Source of the DNA: Rhizodiscina lignyota
Lineage: Eukaryota
Assembly: GCA_010015805.1 (NCBI GenBank)
Contig: ML978136.1
Location: 372,001-436,000, forward strand
Length of the DNA stretch: 64,000 nucleotides
Direction of reading: 5' to 3'
This document shows positions 12,248-24,059 of this stretch, one piece after another. The notes below the pieces were generated by a model. It had not been told where the DNA came from. It worked only from the letters and a program-made list of their open reading frames with translations, and made no database searches. The translations under genes were made by a program, and so were the position numbers. How positions within the stretch are numbered: position 1 is the first letter of the stretch; each line of letters begins with the position of its first letter.

Positions 12248-12891
12248 TCAGAGTTGTGCAATGAATTCTTTCCGTGTTTCTAGCTCTTTGATCAAGCCTG
12301 CAAAGTCCTCATCACCGCTATCCGCCAACTGTTTCCATGCCTGGAGATTCGATTTCAGGTACACGTGGTCTTCGCCGGGCTAGGGAGTTATGAAAGGATC
12401 AGCAAAAGAGTCTCATATAAGCAGAGTTCGCATCCTTTGCAACGGGAGCGCAACATAAATGCCATGGGAAAATGGAGAACAGGTGGAAGTGAGCAAAACC
12501 ATACCATTGGAACTCTAAAGCCGACCTCCAAGCCTGCTGCAAGACCACCGAGGACGAACACGCCTCTCAATGAGCGTTGAGAGTGCGTTTCCTTCGGTCC
12601 ACCTACATCCACCACCTCGTTCCAAACTTCCGACAGCTCCTCGCACAGCTGCTCGAATTGAGCTGCGGTCCGAGCCCCGCCTGCTCGGGCGTGAACAAAA
12701 ATAGCGTTAAATGCAGCCCTACGTTTACCAGCGACGTAAATCTGGCGCTGGCCGACATCTGTAAAGGCAACGTTTATAAAAAGCGACGGTGTCGTGAATT
12801 TCCCGGAGTGTAGATACGTAATCTTCTCTGCCAGGGCGTCCTTTTGGGCGTCGGTCAGAGAGATGCAGTGGTGGATGTCGTAGAAGGGCAT
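12248..12891 (-). CDS. Pro1 tautomerase (cis-CaaD / oxalocrotonate-tautomerase-like), 2 exons
   Basis: M-P-FYDIHH..QKDALAEKITYLHSGKFTTPSLFINVAF; intron 12380-12504; exon 2 PGEDHVYLKSNLQAWKQLADSGDEDF..EFIAQL*. Confidence 0.85.
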
Positions 12892-13187
12892 CTTGGTCTT
12901 GGTTTGCGGAACGGTGCCACACAGGCGGGATTATCGTGGACAGATTGTCAGATGAGCACCAAGTTGGAATTAAATAGCTCCAGTCGTGAGACTCTTCGAG
13001 GAGGGCAGCAGATGCCAACGGGTAGAGAGACGTGTAATCCGGGTATTCACAGTGTCCGAAAGACCCATCTTCATCGCAACAAGATGCTCAAACGGCTGCG
13101 TGTCTAAGTCTTCACGGCCGTATCACTGAAGTAGAGAGGGCGAAATGTGGATAGAGAACTCTTTGTAGACTAGACTCAGGTTCCTGT

Positions 13188-13204
13188 CGGACATAATGAA
13201 TCCG
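13188..13204. promoter_or_regulatory. CGG-N11-CCG site upstream of tautomerase
   Basis: CGGacataatgaatCCG, ~300 nt upstream of the minus-strand ATG 12891. Confidence 0.5.
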
Positions 13205-13379
13205 AGTGGGGAGGAGCACAATAGCTTAGCAAGAAACTCGGGATCGAGACTACATGGAGAATTTTCTATTAGGTCTGCATGGCTGGTGCCGTATGGAGTT
13301 CTTCGGATTTTGCAGGTTGTCGAGCGTGCGTTACGGCGAAGCACTGTGCATAGGGTCTCATCGTTTCTCTTGAGCGGAG

Positions 13380-13960
13380 TTAATATCTCAACTGAAAGAT
13401 GACATCTTCTCTATTCAAAAATCCACACCTCCTTTTCAACATCTCCGTCATCACCACGTCGTTCGATCCGACTCCTAAGGTCGAGTCTCTCATTGGGTCC
13501 GCTTGTTACGAACACTTTCGCATCAAATTCTCCGTCTCCTTTCTCGTACGCCTCCTCACATCCCTTGACCGTAGCTTTGCCTACTATCCAGGGCATTCCT
13601 GTCGTTGCAAAGCTCGCCCAAGACCTGGACATCCAGTCCTTCAACTCGAAGTCCGCTTGGCTGGGCCGAATCGTATCCATTGCATCGTTGTAAATCGATA
13701 AATTGCCAAATAGGAATGCGAAGTCCGATGTGTGTATCACGCCTAGGCCTGACAGTCCGATCGATGTAAGATATTCGTCAAGAATCGTTTGGTTATGCAG
13801 GTAGGGATACTCAGAGTTAGAGGCTGACATGGCCGACCCAAAGTAGAATGTTGGACATGTGAAGATGATCATGAAAGATTTAGGCGCAGCGGTAGAACTC
13901 TACGGAGAGACTGGCCTAGGGATTTGCAGTGAGAGGAGAGTTGATGCAGACGGGGAGCTT
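13380..13960 (-). pseudogene. Type-B carboxylesterase C-terminal relic
   Basis: EFYRCA*IFHD / IFTCP..LGVIHTSDFAFLFGN..SRSWASFATTG / LKRRCGFLNREDVIFQLRY*; stops at 13916-13918 and 13880-13882 plus frameshifts; no N-terminal half visible. Confidence 0.8.
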
Positions 13961-14890
13961 AAAACCTGGCAGGAAGTCTTGATGAGTCGACGAGGAGGCT
14001 CAGGCGAAAGTCGCCAAAGCAAGGGAAGGTCGTCAGTTCATGATGAGAACTTAGAAAAAAAATTAATAATTGTTGAACAAATTAACTAGTACTCAGAAGT
14101 GAGTCGAGAGTGACTCTGACGTATAGCAATGCTACAGTGGTGGATAAAACAAATGCTTTTCTTTGGACAGATTCTCCTGTCCGGCAGCGTAATTATTGCC
14201 TGGGGGCAAAGACGCCCTCCCGCTCCAGTCTCTACTACACGCAATGAAAGGTTTACGCGTATGATGTCGCAAATCTTGCTGAGAGTTCTCTTGTGCGCTC
14301 GAGTTCTTCAATGATGCGTTTGCGCAAAGCAGGAGGCTTGCCAGTCAGACTGGCGCACAAGATAGAGGACTGGAACACCGACTCTATTTCGGACTCCATA
14401 CGTGCCATCTTTTCTCCTTCTATGGGCTCGATGCCGAAGAAGAGATTTAGAACCTTCCGCGCAGCTCGGCCTGCAAGAATAATCCTTGTGGTTGCGCGTT
14501 TCAGATTGATGACATCGTGGATTTTCTGGTGAGGCTGGTGTGGTGGAGAGTCCCAACCACCAGGAACCAGCCTCCCTCCAACCTTTGCATTAACGTCCCA
14601 TAAATACACCACGACAACAGGCATCATGAGTTCGCATTCGAAAATCAGTTACACTGCATCTTGCAGAACTGTCCCTCCAATTTTCAAGCCTCGAACTCGT
14701 CATCGCTGCCGGCTACGACATCCCGTGTAGCGGTCTCCTCGCATTTACCAGTGTTTCAACTACCAGCGAATAGAGCTGTACAGCCGGGCTGTGAGCCAGG
14801 CACATCTGCGAGCGTTCCAGTTACAGCTGAACGATCATCTGCATAAACCTGCCCGGCAGCTGATCCGAATTTGGAGTAATCTCTGACCAG

Positions 14891-16387
14891 ATGAGTGCTC
14901 GCATTCCTGGGATCCCCAGAGAGACGGATTCCAAGATGCTTGACCGATCAAGCAGAGCTATATCGCCCTCCCCCTCCGGCCACTCTTGTTCATCTGCTTG
15001 CATGATCGAGGAGGAACACGTTCGGCATCCTCGTTCTCTTCGACGCCATCCACAGAGCTGGTATCAAGGAGCATATGACGAAATTATCCTTCCGAGTGCA
15101 CCGCCATCTGTGCTTACCTCCTCCTCGAGATCCACCAGTTACAGCCCCGAGCCACCCTCGCCTCTGGAAGACGCCCCTCCCATATCCCACCAGCGCTCCT
15201 TGACAGCAACATTCCTCGACAAGGTCAAGATACCGCCGATTGTCACACAGACTGCCTCTCGAGCTTCCTTGCATTCTCCCACAAGATCGCTCTCTCAGTT
15301 CATATCCTCCCGCTCGACCCCAGACGAAGACACAGCTCCAAGGTCACCAAGCAAGAATAAACAAGGACCACTATTCAGCGACTGGTTCACCGGGACATCC
15401 GCTCCTGTGAATCTAGGCCTCATTCCCTCTCCAAGCAGAGATCTTTCTCCTTTCCGCGAATCAGACGATTATATCTCCGCCGATATGGATTCCACATATA
15501 CATCACGGCCAACTCGACCGCGCCGCAGCTCCACGACCAATTCACAGAGCCAGTCGACCGGCTTCGCAAGCAAACTCTCGTGGTTTACGAAATCCGTCTC
15601 ACCCGCCTCTCCCTCTCAGTGTCGTCCTTCCACAAGCGCCGCCATTGACCCGTCCGATGACCTCCTCACTCTGTCTATTTCGGCCGCACTCCTCCCGCAC
15701 GGCACGCCTGACATCCTTGCTCCATCCTCCTTCCACGACCTGCTCTCAACCTCCGAGCTCCTCCTATCGCGCTACCAAGCCGCATACCGCGCCAAAGCCA
15801 CAGCGCTCGCCGACCTCCGCGCCGAAAAGGATGCACAAGCCGAGGAGCTCGAAGAAGCTGAGACACGGGCGCGACACCTGAAGATGCAGCTCGACGACAT
15901 GGCTGAGAAGGCCAAAGCCCAAGAGGAAGAGATGCGGGCGCTAAGTCTGGAGCTCCTTGCGGAGCGGAGGCGGAGAGAAGACGAGGAGATAGCAAGGCGG
16001 AAGAGCATTCAGATGGTACGCGGAAAGGACAATCGGGCTGGTATGAGACGAGGCACAAGTAGCAGTGGGAGCGTTAGCGACTCTGGTTTCGAGAGCGATA
16101 CGGATAGTGCAGTGGGGAGTGTAGGAAGCAGTTTCAATTCGTCGCCCACGCTGGCGAAGCAAGAGCCAGAATATGATGAAAGGAGAAGTGGGAATGAGAG
16201 ACCGTTGGGGCAGAGGAGGATGTCAACTTATGATACGGTGTTGAAGACTGTAGCTGGAGAGCCAGCGGGTGCGTGGGCAGTGATGGAGGGATATAGGGAG
16301 GAGAATAGAGCGCTGAGGGAAAGAGTGAGAGAGTTGGAAGGCGCCGTTGACGGTTGTCTTGATATGGTTGCGGGCCTGGGAATATAG
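14891..16387 (+). CDS. Fungal hypothetical Ser/Pro-rich protein with C-terminal coiled coil
   Basis: 498-aa ORF; ELEEAETRARHLKMQLDDMA, SDSGFESD, ENRALRERVRELEGAVDGCLD. Confidence 0.85.
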   Translation: MSARIPGIPRETDSKMLDRSSRAISPSPSGHSCSSACMIEEEHVRHPRSLRRHPQSWYQGAYDEIILPSAPPSVLTSSSRSTSYSPEPPSPLEDAPPISHQRSLTATFLDKVKIPPIVTQTASRASLHSPTRSLSQFISSRSTPDEDTAPRSPSKNKQGPLFSDWFTGTSAPVNLGLIPSPSRDLSPFRESDDYISADMDSTYTSRPTRPRRSSTTNSQSQSTGFASKLSWFTKSVSPASPSQCRPSTSAAIDPSDDLLTLSISAALLPHGTPDILAPSSFHDLLSTSELLLSRYQAAYRAKATALADLRAEKDAQAEELEEAETRARHLKMQLDDMAEKAKAQEEEMRALSLELLAERRRREDEEIARRKSIQMVRGKDNRAGMRRGTSSSGSVSDSGFESDTDSAVGSVGSSFNSSPTLAKQEPEYDERRSGNERPLGQRRMSTYDTVLKTVAGEPAGAWAVMEGYREENRALRERVRELEGAVDGCLDMVAGLGI

Positions 16388-16676
16388 TGAGAGTTCCAAC
16401 TATTTAATTCGCAAGAGCTACTGAAATGATAGAATATATTGCGATTCAAAGATGGCATGTTTTTGATGCGCAAGCTCATTGGATACAGACCCGCTCCAAT
16501 AACAGACGCATGCAAGCTGCATTACCTTGCACGGCAGACTCCGCACATCTTGAAACCGAACTCAGCCTTGCATTCATACAAGGCCGCTGTCTTTTTTTCT
16601 TTTTCTTTTTTTTATCAGCTTAACACGTTTCCCATGTTAACTTGTCTTCCGTCTTACTCTTGTTCATTACTGCAAA

Positions 16677-19600
16677 ATGGCTTTTGGTGTTGGGTTTAGA
16701 GACATTGTCACGGCTTTGAAGATAATTAAAGAGCTCGGAGAAGCATTTGTGAATTCTCCAAAGGAGTACACAGCCATTTCAAACGCGTGAGTCGAAACAT
16801 TACAGCTATCATATGAGATGCGGAATGTTCATTTACCTGCATAGGCTCAAGGATCTCTCCGCTGTACTCGATAACATTAAAAACGTAGTCGCAAGCTCGA
16901 AACGAGGCCTCCCTTCGCAGCAGGAAAGTCAGCTGCAGAAGATCGCGACTGAGTGTCGCACTACACTTCAAGACCTACAAGTGAAGCTCAGCAGACATGA
17001 GAGCTTGGCATCGAGCTCTGCTCCTCAGGAGAACTTGGCAGATCGTATTCGCAACGCAAGCCGGAGAACATACCACAGGTTCACTTGGTCTTCGAGGGAT
17101 ATTTCCGAATGGCGAGACCGAATAACTCTGAACGTCACGATTCTGAACGCTTTTATGAACCAACTGACTCAGTATGTGGGCATCTCTTTGTCTTTCGGAA
17201 ACACTGCTGTCTTGTTTGCCGGAATCTCATGCCTTATTTCGACTGATTAACTTTAGGCAAGGTGTAAACCAACTCCGCAATCATCCGATGGTCAGCAACG
17301 CAACAGCCGTAAGGACGCTATTATCGAGTGGCTATGCCAGACAAACCATGCATCGTTCCACAGAAACATCATTCGAAACAAGAAGACAGGCACCGGAGAA
17401 TGGTTTCTAAATCCGAAAGAGCCAAGTCAGAGTAAATACCTCGAATGGGTGAAGGAGAGCAAACAAATCTTGTTTTGCGAAGGAATTCCAGGAGCCGGCA
17501 AAACAATGATATCTGTAATGGTCATCGACGACCTCGAGAACCAGTTTCAGGCCGATACAGACGTCAACATTGCATATATCTATTGCGGCTACCAATGCCT
17601 GCAGCAAGAACACACGCCTGACGACTTTATTTCCAACATTCTGGGTCAACTTCTTCAACGCCAATCCAGCCTGCCCGAAGGTATCGAGAAGCTTTACGAG
17701 AAGCATCGTCACCATCGAACACGACCCGGGATTGATGAGATCGGAGGAGCAGTACAGTCTACACTTCAACTCTACATGCGTAGCTTCATCATACTTGACG
17801 CTCTGGATGAGTACCATGCTTTGAGCAATGGCGATTTGAGGACGTTTCTGACACAGATACTGGCCCTAGGAAGTGCAACATCTGTAAATATTCTTGCTAC
17901 GTCGCGGCCCATTGAGGATATCAGGTCTCAGTTCGATGGCGCATGTCTGGTTCAAGAAATTCGAGCCCATAAAGATGATCTATTGCATTACGTTCATGAA
18001 CGGATTCTCGAACTTCTGAGAGGGAGGTTTAAGGACCTACCGGATCTGGAGATGGATATAGTTACCTGCGTCTCAGATGCTGCTGCAGGCATGTGAGTCA
18101 GCCCGCCTGCGAATCTTCCTCGGCGTCCTAGGCTAACTTTTCTGTGTCAGGTTTCTCCTTCCAAAGTTACAGATGGATTACCTCGCACTCAAACCAACTG
18201 TAGCACACATCAGGCGGGCCCCGAAGAACATGCCGAAGGGTGATACAGCCTTGGATGAGACATATTCCAGGGCCTGGACGACGATAGAAAGCCACCCCGA
18301 CGAAGACACTCGCGAAATTGCGAAACAGCTACTCTGCTGGATTACACATGCTCGGCGTGAACTCTCTGTTGTGGAGCTTCAGCATGCTGTTGCTGTGCAG
18401 CAAGCTCGTGCTTTCGACCCCGAAATTTCTGAGTTTGACGAGGAATTCCTTCCACCAGAAGCACTCTTTGGCTCAATCTGCGCGGGTTTGGTCACGGTGG
18501 ACCCTGAGAGCGATACAATTCGATTGGTTCACTATACGTTAAGAGAATATTTCCATCGTACGAACAAGTTCCAACACGCACAGGTCGATATTGCAACCAC
18601 ATGCATTATCTATCTATCGTTCGATACGTTTTCAGAACCCACAGAAACAAATGGCCGTGCTAGCGAGCGCCCACTGACACATGCCATTCTTCGTTTGCAA
18701 TGCCATCCATTTTACGACTATGCGGCAGAGAACTGGGGCTACCATGTTCAGGGCAGTCACTTAGAACAAGAAGATCTTCTCATTGATTTCCTAAGCAATG
18801 ATGCCAAGCTACAAAGCAGTCTGCGGCCTGCTTTGAGTCACGGTTATTTTCCGATATCCATATACGACAGATCCGCAGACAGTATCACCCCAGCACACGT
18901 TGCGGCATATTTTGGGCTCTCGGAAACATTGAAAAATCTTTTTAGCAATGGATATGATCCAGATACACGCACATTTGACGGCCAATCTCCATTAGCGTGG
19001 GTTGCTTTCAACGGGCAAGCCGAAACGGTCCAGGCGCTTCTCGAGCCAAGTATCGGCATAAATCCTAATTCACAAGACGACGAATGCCGGACTCCACTAT
19101 CATTGGCTGCCTCTAGAAGTCATGAGAATGTGGTCAAAGTCTTCTAGGCATGTGGGGATCGCGTTGATGTAGAATCCAGAGATGAGTGGGGAGAAACACC
19201 GCTCTACCACGCAGCGAGACATGGTCATCAGGAAATTGTGCATCTACTTCTGCAGTATGGTGTAGACCCAGACCCAAGAGATATAGACCTCCAATCGGCG
19301 CTCTCATGCGCAGCGTCAAGGGGTCATGAGGAAATTGTTGAGCTGCTTCTACAGTATGGTGCGGATCCAGACTCAAGAGATATGAATGACTGAACGCCGC
19401 TCTGGCATGCAGCAGAAGGAGGTTATAAGGAGACCGCGAGTGTGCTCCTACGTCATGGTGTCGACCCGGACTCGAGAGATTCCACCGGACAATCCCCCCT
19501 CTCATGTGCAGCGGAACAAGCTCACAAGGATGTTGTGGATCTGCTCCTACAGCGTGGTGTAGACCCAGACTCGAGGGATGACACGGGACAATCCCCCCTT

Positions 19601-20068
19601 TCGTGGGCCGCGAGCCTTCAATGGTTACAGCGAGAAGTAACAGCTGACGTTATAGCGCTTTTACTGCAGCAAAATGATGTCGACCCATGCCCCAAGGACA
19701 AAAAGGGTCAAACTCCACTGCACAAGGCATCCATAGAGAGTTGGACAGAGGCAGTCGAAGTACTGCTCAGAGAGAAAAGGGTAGATCCAAATGTCCGCGA
19801 CAACAACGGTCGAACTCCAATCTTTTACGCCACACAAGCTCCTTCGTATACAAAAGCGTCAAGATCCGTGAAGACAGTGGAGGCTCTGCTCAAGCATGAT
19901 GGAATTGACCTCGACTCAAAAGACGAGACAGGAAGTACCGTTCTCGACTACGCCAGAGCTGAATACGTTCAGTATGAGAGAGGTCAATTTCACTACAGAA
20001 TCCCAGAGGTTGTTGCACTTTTAGAAGCACATCTTCAGCGTACCCAAAACTCTTTTCTGCTGAAGTAA
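16677..20068 (+). pseudogene. NLR-like STAND gene: HeLo-like N-terminus + NACHT + ankyrin repeats, with premature stops
   Basis: MAFGVGFRDIV.. N-domain; GTGEWFL; Walker A GIPGAGKT; Walker B FIILDALDE; GM/FLL; RLVHYTLREYF; ankyrin TPLx repeats; in-frame TAG 19145-19147 and TGA 19391-19393. Confidence 0.85.
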
Positions 20069-20549
20069 GGTGTGTGCATATCCTGCGGCATGCCTGCGTG
20101 TCATTATTGTCGTGCCCGATACACTCATCCGAAGGCCAAACTCATTAGGCTAATACGACAGTAACCCACAACGAGATTCACTTAGATGGGTTATGCACAG
20201 TCTAATCAGGCTTTGGGTGTATGGGACCGTGGTGAAATAGACTCTGCCATCTATATATACTTCTTCCTCTCAGTCACGTATATGCTTTAGTTCTCACCGG
20301 CGCTCGTACCTTTGTGTAACATTATGCCTGCGCTCATTGGCGTCCGCTATCAGCGCACTGCACGAACACATCAGAACCTCACTGAAATTTGATTTTAGCA
20401 TATCTTTAGCATTTGGGGAATTCACGATCCTTAGGGAAATCACTCCGAAGGGTGAAACAATGTGAAGTTGTTAGCTCACGGGAGAATTAGCTACTTATCC
20501 ATTCTACATTCATATATCCCCCTTGCTGAACTACGGCTTTGAAAGTACG

Positions 20550-22079
20550 ATGTCCACAGCTGTGAAAACGGATAAGCAAAATGAACTTCAAGCTCAAACA
20601 ACGCAACTTCGGCGACCGCACGCACAGCCGACGATTCTGGCAGTCACTCCCACACCTTCCACCTTGGTGTCTAATACACAAGCGGAGTTGTATTCGAGAC
20701 TGATTTTGCTATCTCTGCTCTCAAAATACAAAGACAGGCCTACCGAGCGCGATGCAGCCGGAGAGAAACAAAGTGAACTGATTAAATATCGACGGGATTT
20801 CCTTGACAGATTGTCTTATCTGTGTGATATCGACAAGTTTGGAAGTACTGTGACAGCAGCGGCATTGCAGAAGGTACCAGCATTCAATATCCTGTGGTTG
20901 GCTGCCAATGAAAGCTTCCATCCTGGAGTCGAAGAGTTTGTCCATCGGATTATACATCACGTCAAGAGTGTAACACCCGAATCACGGCATGACGTCGAAG
21001 ATACGATGCTGGAGGACGCTGTGAAAATGGGTATGCCGAGACTGAGATTCTATCGGGATAAAATGGTCGATGCGGCCATTAAGTGTCGGGATGACTTGAA
21101 ACAATACATGCCAGATGATCAAGGTGAGCTATACACAGTAATACGATCGAGAAATGTACTGAAATTAGAAGCATTGAAATTGCGCGCATGGCTGAGGAAG
21201 ATGAAAAAGTTGGGCATGAAGCATTTAGGTTCGAAGAAAGTCGTGCTTATGATCGAACTGATCAAAAGATGTGAAAAGGAGAGCGATGTTTACATGCCTT
21301 ACTTACGTGAGAGAGATGTTTCTTTCCCTGGCAACGAAACCAACGGAAATTGCTATGCGGACATGAAGCACTTCGTAGCTCGGTTGAGGGCGCATGTCTA
21401 CTCTGTGAAAGACGTTGTCAAAGCCTCACTCTTAACGCCGTCTCTCCGAAAGATTGGCGAGATCAAAGTCGAACCATCGTCGGAACCCAGAAATGCCATT
21501 CTTCCAGACAGATACCTGAATCCTTATCGGACCTTCACGCGTTGTCTGGCTGAAGAAATAGCACCGATGCGAATAAGTGTGTTGCTCAAATCAGTCACGG
21601 AACGTGAGGCGAGTCTCGATTTCGATTCCGCGTCAAGGAAACACTCACAAATAACCAACACAAATACATTCATAACCCGTGTTCATGCAGAGATCCTTCT
21701 TGCCGACCTCTTCAGCCGGCGAAACTTTGACTTTGTCGACGACGACAAGTATATAGGCTGCAGCAAGCCCGCGTGTTACTGCTGTGCTCGATACTTCGAA
21801 TCTCACCCGAAGACCAAGTTCGTTAGGCCGGCAACCCACAACAAGATTCTACTCGGATGGCGTTGTCCGGAGCCTAATCAAGATTTAGACATAAGGGGTC
21901 GTGGCAAAAAGACCATTGAGCAGATTGAGCGAACCATGAATTGGACAGTGCGACAGCATTTGATGGAGAAACTGGAGGAAGGTGGAGAGCCAATTGAATT
22001 TCATTGGCAGTCGACTAATGGATCTGTGCGAGATCTGAGTATTTTGTCTGGAAGGGTGATACCATTCCGTGGACGATGA
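20550..22079 (+). CDS. OTT_1508-like nucleic-acid/nucleotide deaminase
   Basis: FLDRLSYLCD..GSTVTAAAL..WLAAN; RVHAEILL..YIGCSKPACYCC..THNKI..WR; probable in-frame 45-nt intron near 21124. Confidence 0.85.
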   Translation: MSTAVKTDKQNELQAQTTQLRRPHAQPTILAVTPTPSTLVSNTQAELYSRLILLSLLSKYKDRPTERDAAGEKQSELIKYRRDFLDRLSYLCDIDKFGSTVTAAALQKVPAFNILWLAANESFHPGVEEFVHRIIHHVKSVTPESRHDVEDTMLEDAVKMGMPRLRFYRDKMVDAAIKCRDDLKQYMPDDQGELYTVIRSRNVLKLEALKLRAWLRKMKKLGMKHLGSKKVVLMIELIKRCEKESDVYMPYLRERDVSFPGNETNGNCYADMKHFVARLRAHVYSVKDVVKASLLTPSLRKIGEIKVEPSSEPRNAILPDRYLNPYRTFTRCLAEEIAPMRISVLLKSVTEREASLDFDSASRKHSQITNTNTFITRVHAEILLADLFSRRNFDFVDDDKYIGCSKPACYCCARYFESHPKTKFVRPATHNKILLGWRCPEPNQDLDIRGRGKKTIEQIERTMNWTVRQHLMEKLEEGGEPIEFHWQSTNGSVRDLSILSGRVIPFRGR

Positions 22080-22466
22080 TAGAAAGAATATTGAAGCGCT
22101 CAGTAAGAAATTGTAATGAAAATGTAATGTGAGTTCTCGAATCTTCAAGGGCGCCGTGACGGTCAGTTTCGCCTGGGGCATCGCATATGATACACGTGCT
22201 GGTATAGCTTGTTGATAGTTTAATGACAATACTAATGTAAAGCACTCTCTTTTAGCCGAGCACTGAAATTAATGTGAAAAGGACAAGGGCGTACACATGT
22301 ATACTCTCGAAGATGCTGTGTGGTCAGCTAGAGTCCTCCGCATCTGAAAGAGCGGACATATCCCGCCACTTGCCGTTTTGAGCCACCAGCTATCCACCTG
22401 CAAGACAACCTCAATCGTGTTGGCCAAACAGTCACTTCACCTGTTAGGATACAACCGTAAGCAAAA

Positions 22467-24059
22467 ATGGCTGCAGAACTCACAACAATCAAGCTCAACC
22501 CAGACGAGCATCTTCTTCTGGTACACATAGCCACTGCCCTAGTCTCGGTTTCAAGCGACGACTTTGCTAACATCATCACATGTACAGGACCAACCTGTCC
22601 TCCGCCTCCCCGCCGAAGTGAACCGCTCAAACCTCAAATCGGCCCAGATAGCCATCGATCAAGCGAAGAAGGCCGTCGTCCCCGCCGTCAACTCCGCCAC
22701 GAGCGCCGCCCTCTCGGCCAGCGGTAACAATGACCAGGCAGCCCAGAAGGCGCTTGCCTCCCTGGACAGCATGATCCAGAAGACAAATGTGCTGAAGCGG
22801 AAGCTCTCTGCGATATCTGCAAGCACAGACAGTGCGAGTGCATCGCTGGGCGCGAGGGTGCGACATCTAAATGAGCTGCATAGCATACCAAGTCTGGCGG
22901 ACGTCAAGTACGACGAGTGGAGTCGGACGAGGTTGGACCGGTTGCTGGTGGATTACTTGCTCAGGATGGGATATCTGGAGAGCGCAAAGGGCCTTGCAAA
23001 GGCGAAGGATATTGAGGATCTGGTGAGGGTGGAGATTGAGGCCTTTGAGGCGTGTGGGAAAATTGAGAAGAGCCTGAGAAACAAGAGTACAAAGGAGGCA
23101 TTGGTCTGGTGTGGAGAGAACAGGAAAGAGCTGCAGAGAGTTGAGGTGAGTATCAGACACGCCATTTGCGTCTAGTACAGACCGACTGACAGGGCATTGT
23201 AGAGCGAACTGGAGTTCGAGTTGCGGTTCCAGCAGTATACCGAGCTAATACGTAAAGGCCCTGGGCACCGCTTAGAGACATTGACACACGCAAAAAAGTA
23301 TCTTTCATCTCATAAGGACCAGGGCCTCGTAATGCGAGCAGCAGGCCTCATGGCATTCTCATCGGATGTGCCGTTCGATCCCCAGAGGGTGAGTGTTGTC
23401 TTTTTCAATCCCTCCTCGAAAAGTCATTTGCTGATACAGTAGATGTGCAGTCGCTGTTCTCGGATGATCGTTGGAACAGGCTGGCTGATATATTTGTCCA
23501 AACGCATCACCAACTGTTCTCCATACCCCCCGTGCCTCTGCTACATACTGCGCTCTCGGCCGGCCTCACGGCTCTCAAAACTCCAGCATGTCACTCCAAG
23601 AATAACCCCAATTCTTCTTCGTTAACAGACTCCGCTCCATCGTCTGTCATCATGAACGGGCATCATCACCACCATCACCCGATTTCCTCTCAGCGCGCTA
23701 CTCTTCATCCGAGTAATCTCATACTTGATAACGGCGACGTTCTTACCACAGGAGCCAGCAACGGAAATACGACCAACGACAGAACGCCATTCGGTCCCAC
23801 ACCAGCAGCATATTCGAGTCCAATATGTCCAATTTGCAGCACTGAGCTAAATGCGTTGGCGAGAAATGTGCCGTATGCAACCCACAACAAGAGCCATGTT
23901 GATCCGGATCCGGTGGTATTGCCCAACGGGAGGATATATGGGAGTGAGAGGCTGAGGCGGGCAAATGAGAAGTTGGGCACTGAGAAAGGCCGTGTGAGGG
24001 ATCCACTCGATGGAAGTGAATTTGATGAGATGAGCGTGAAGAAAGTGTTCATTTCATAG
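22467..24059 (+). CDS. FYV10: GID/CTLH E3 ligase subunit (LisH-CTLH-CRA-degenerate RING)
   Basis: EHLLL/DQPVLRLP; WSRTRLDRLLVDYLLRMGY; LSAGLTALKTPACH; CPICSTELNALARNVPYA; VLPNGRIYG. Confidence 0.92.

Noticed and set aside
14253..14627. 124-aa minus-strand ORF
   Set aside because: No recognisable motif or gene structure; may be a decayed gene but cannot be supported
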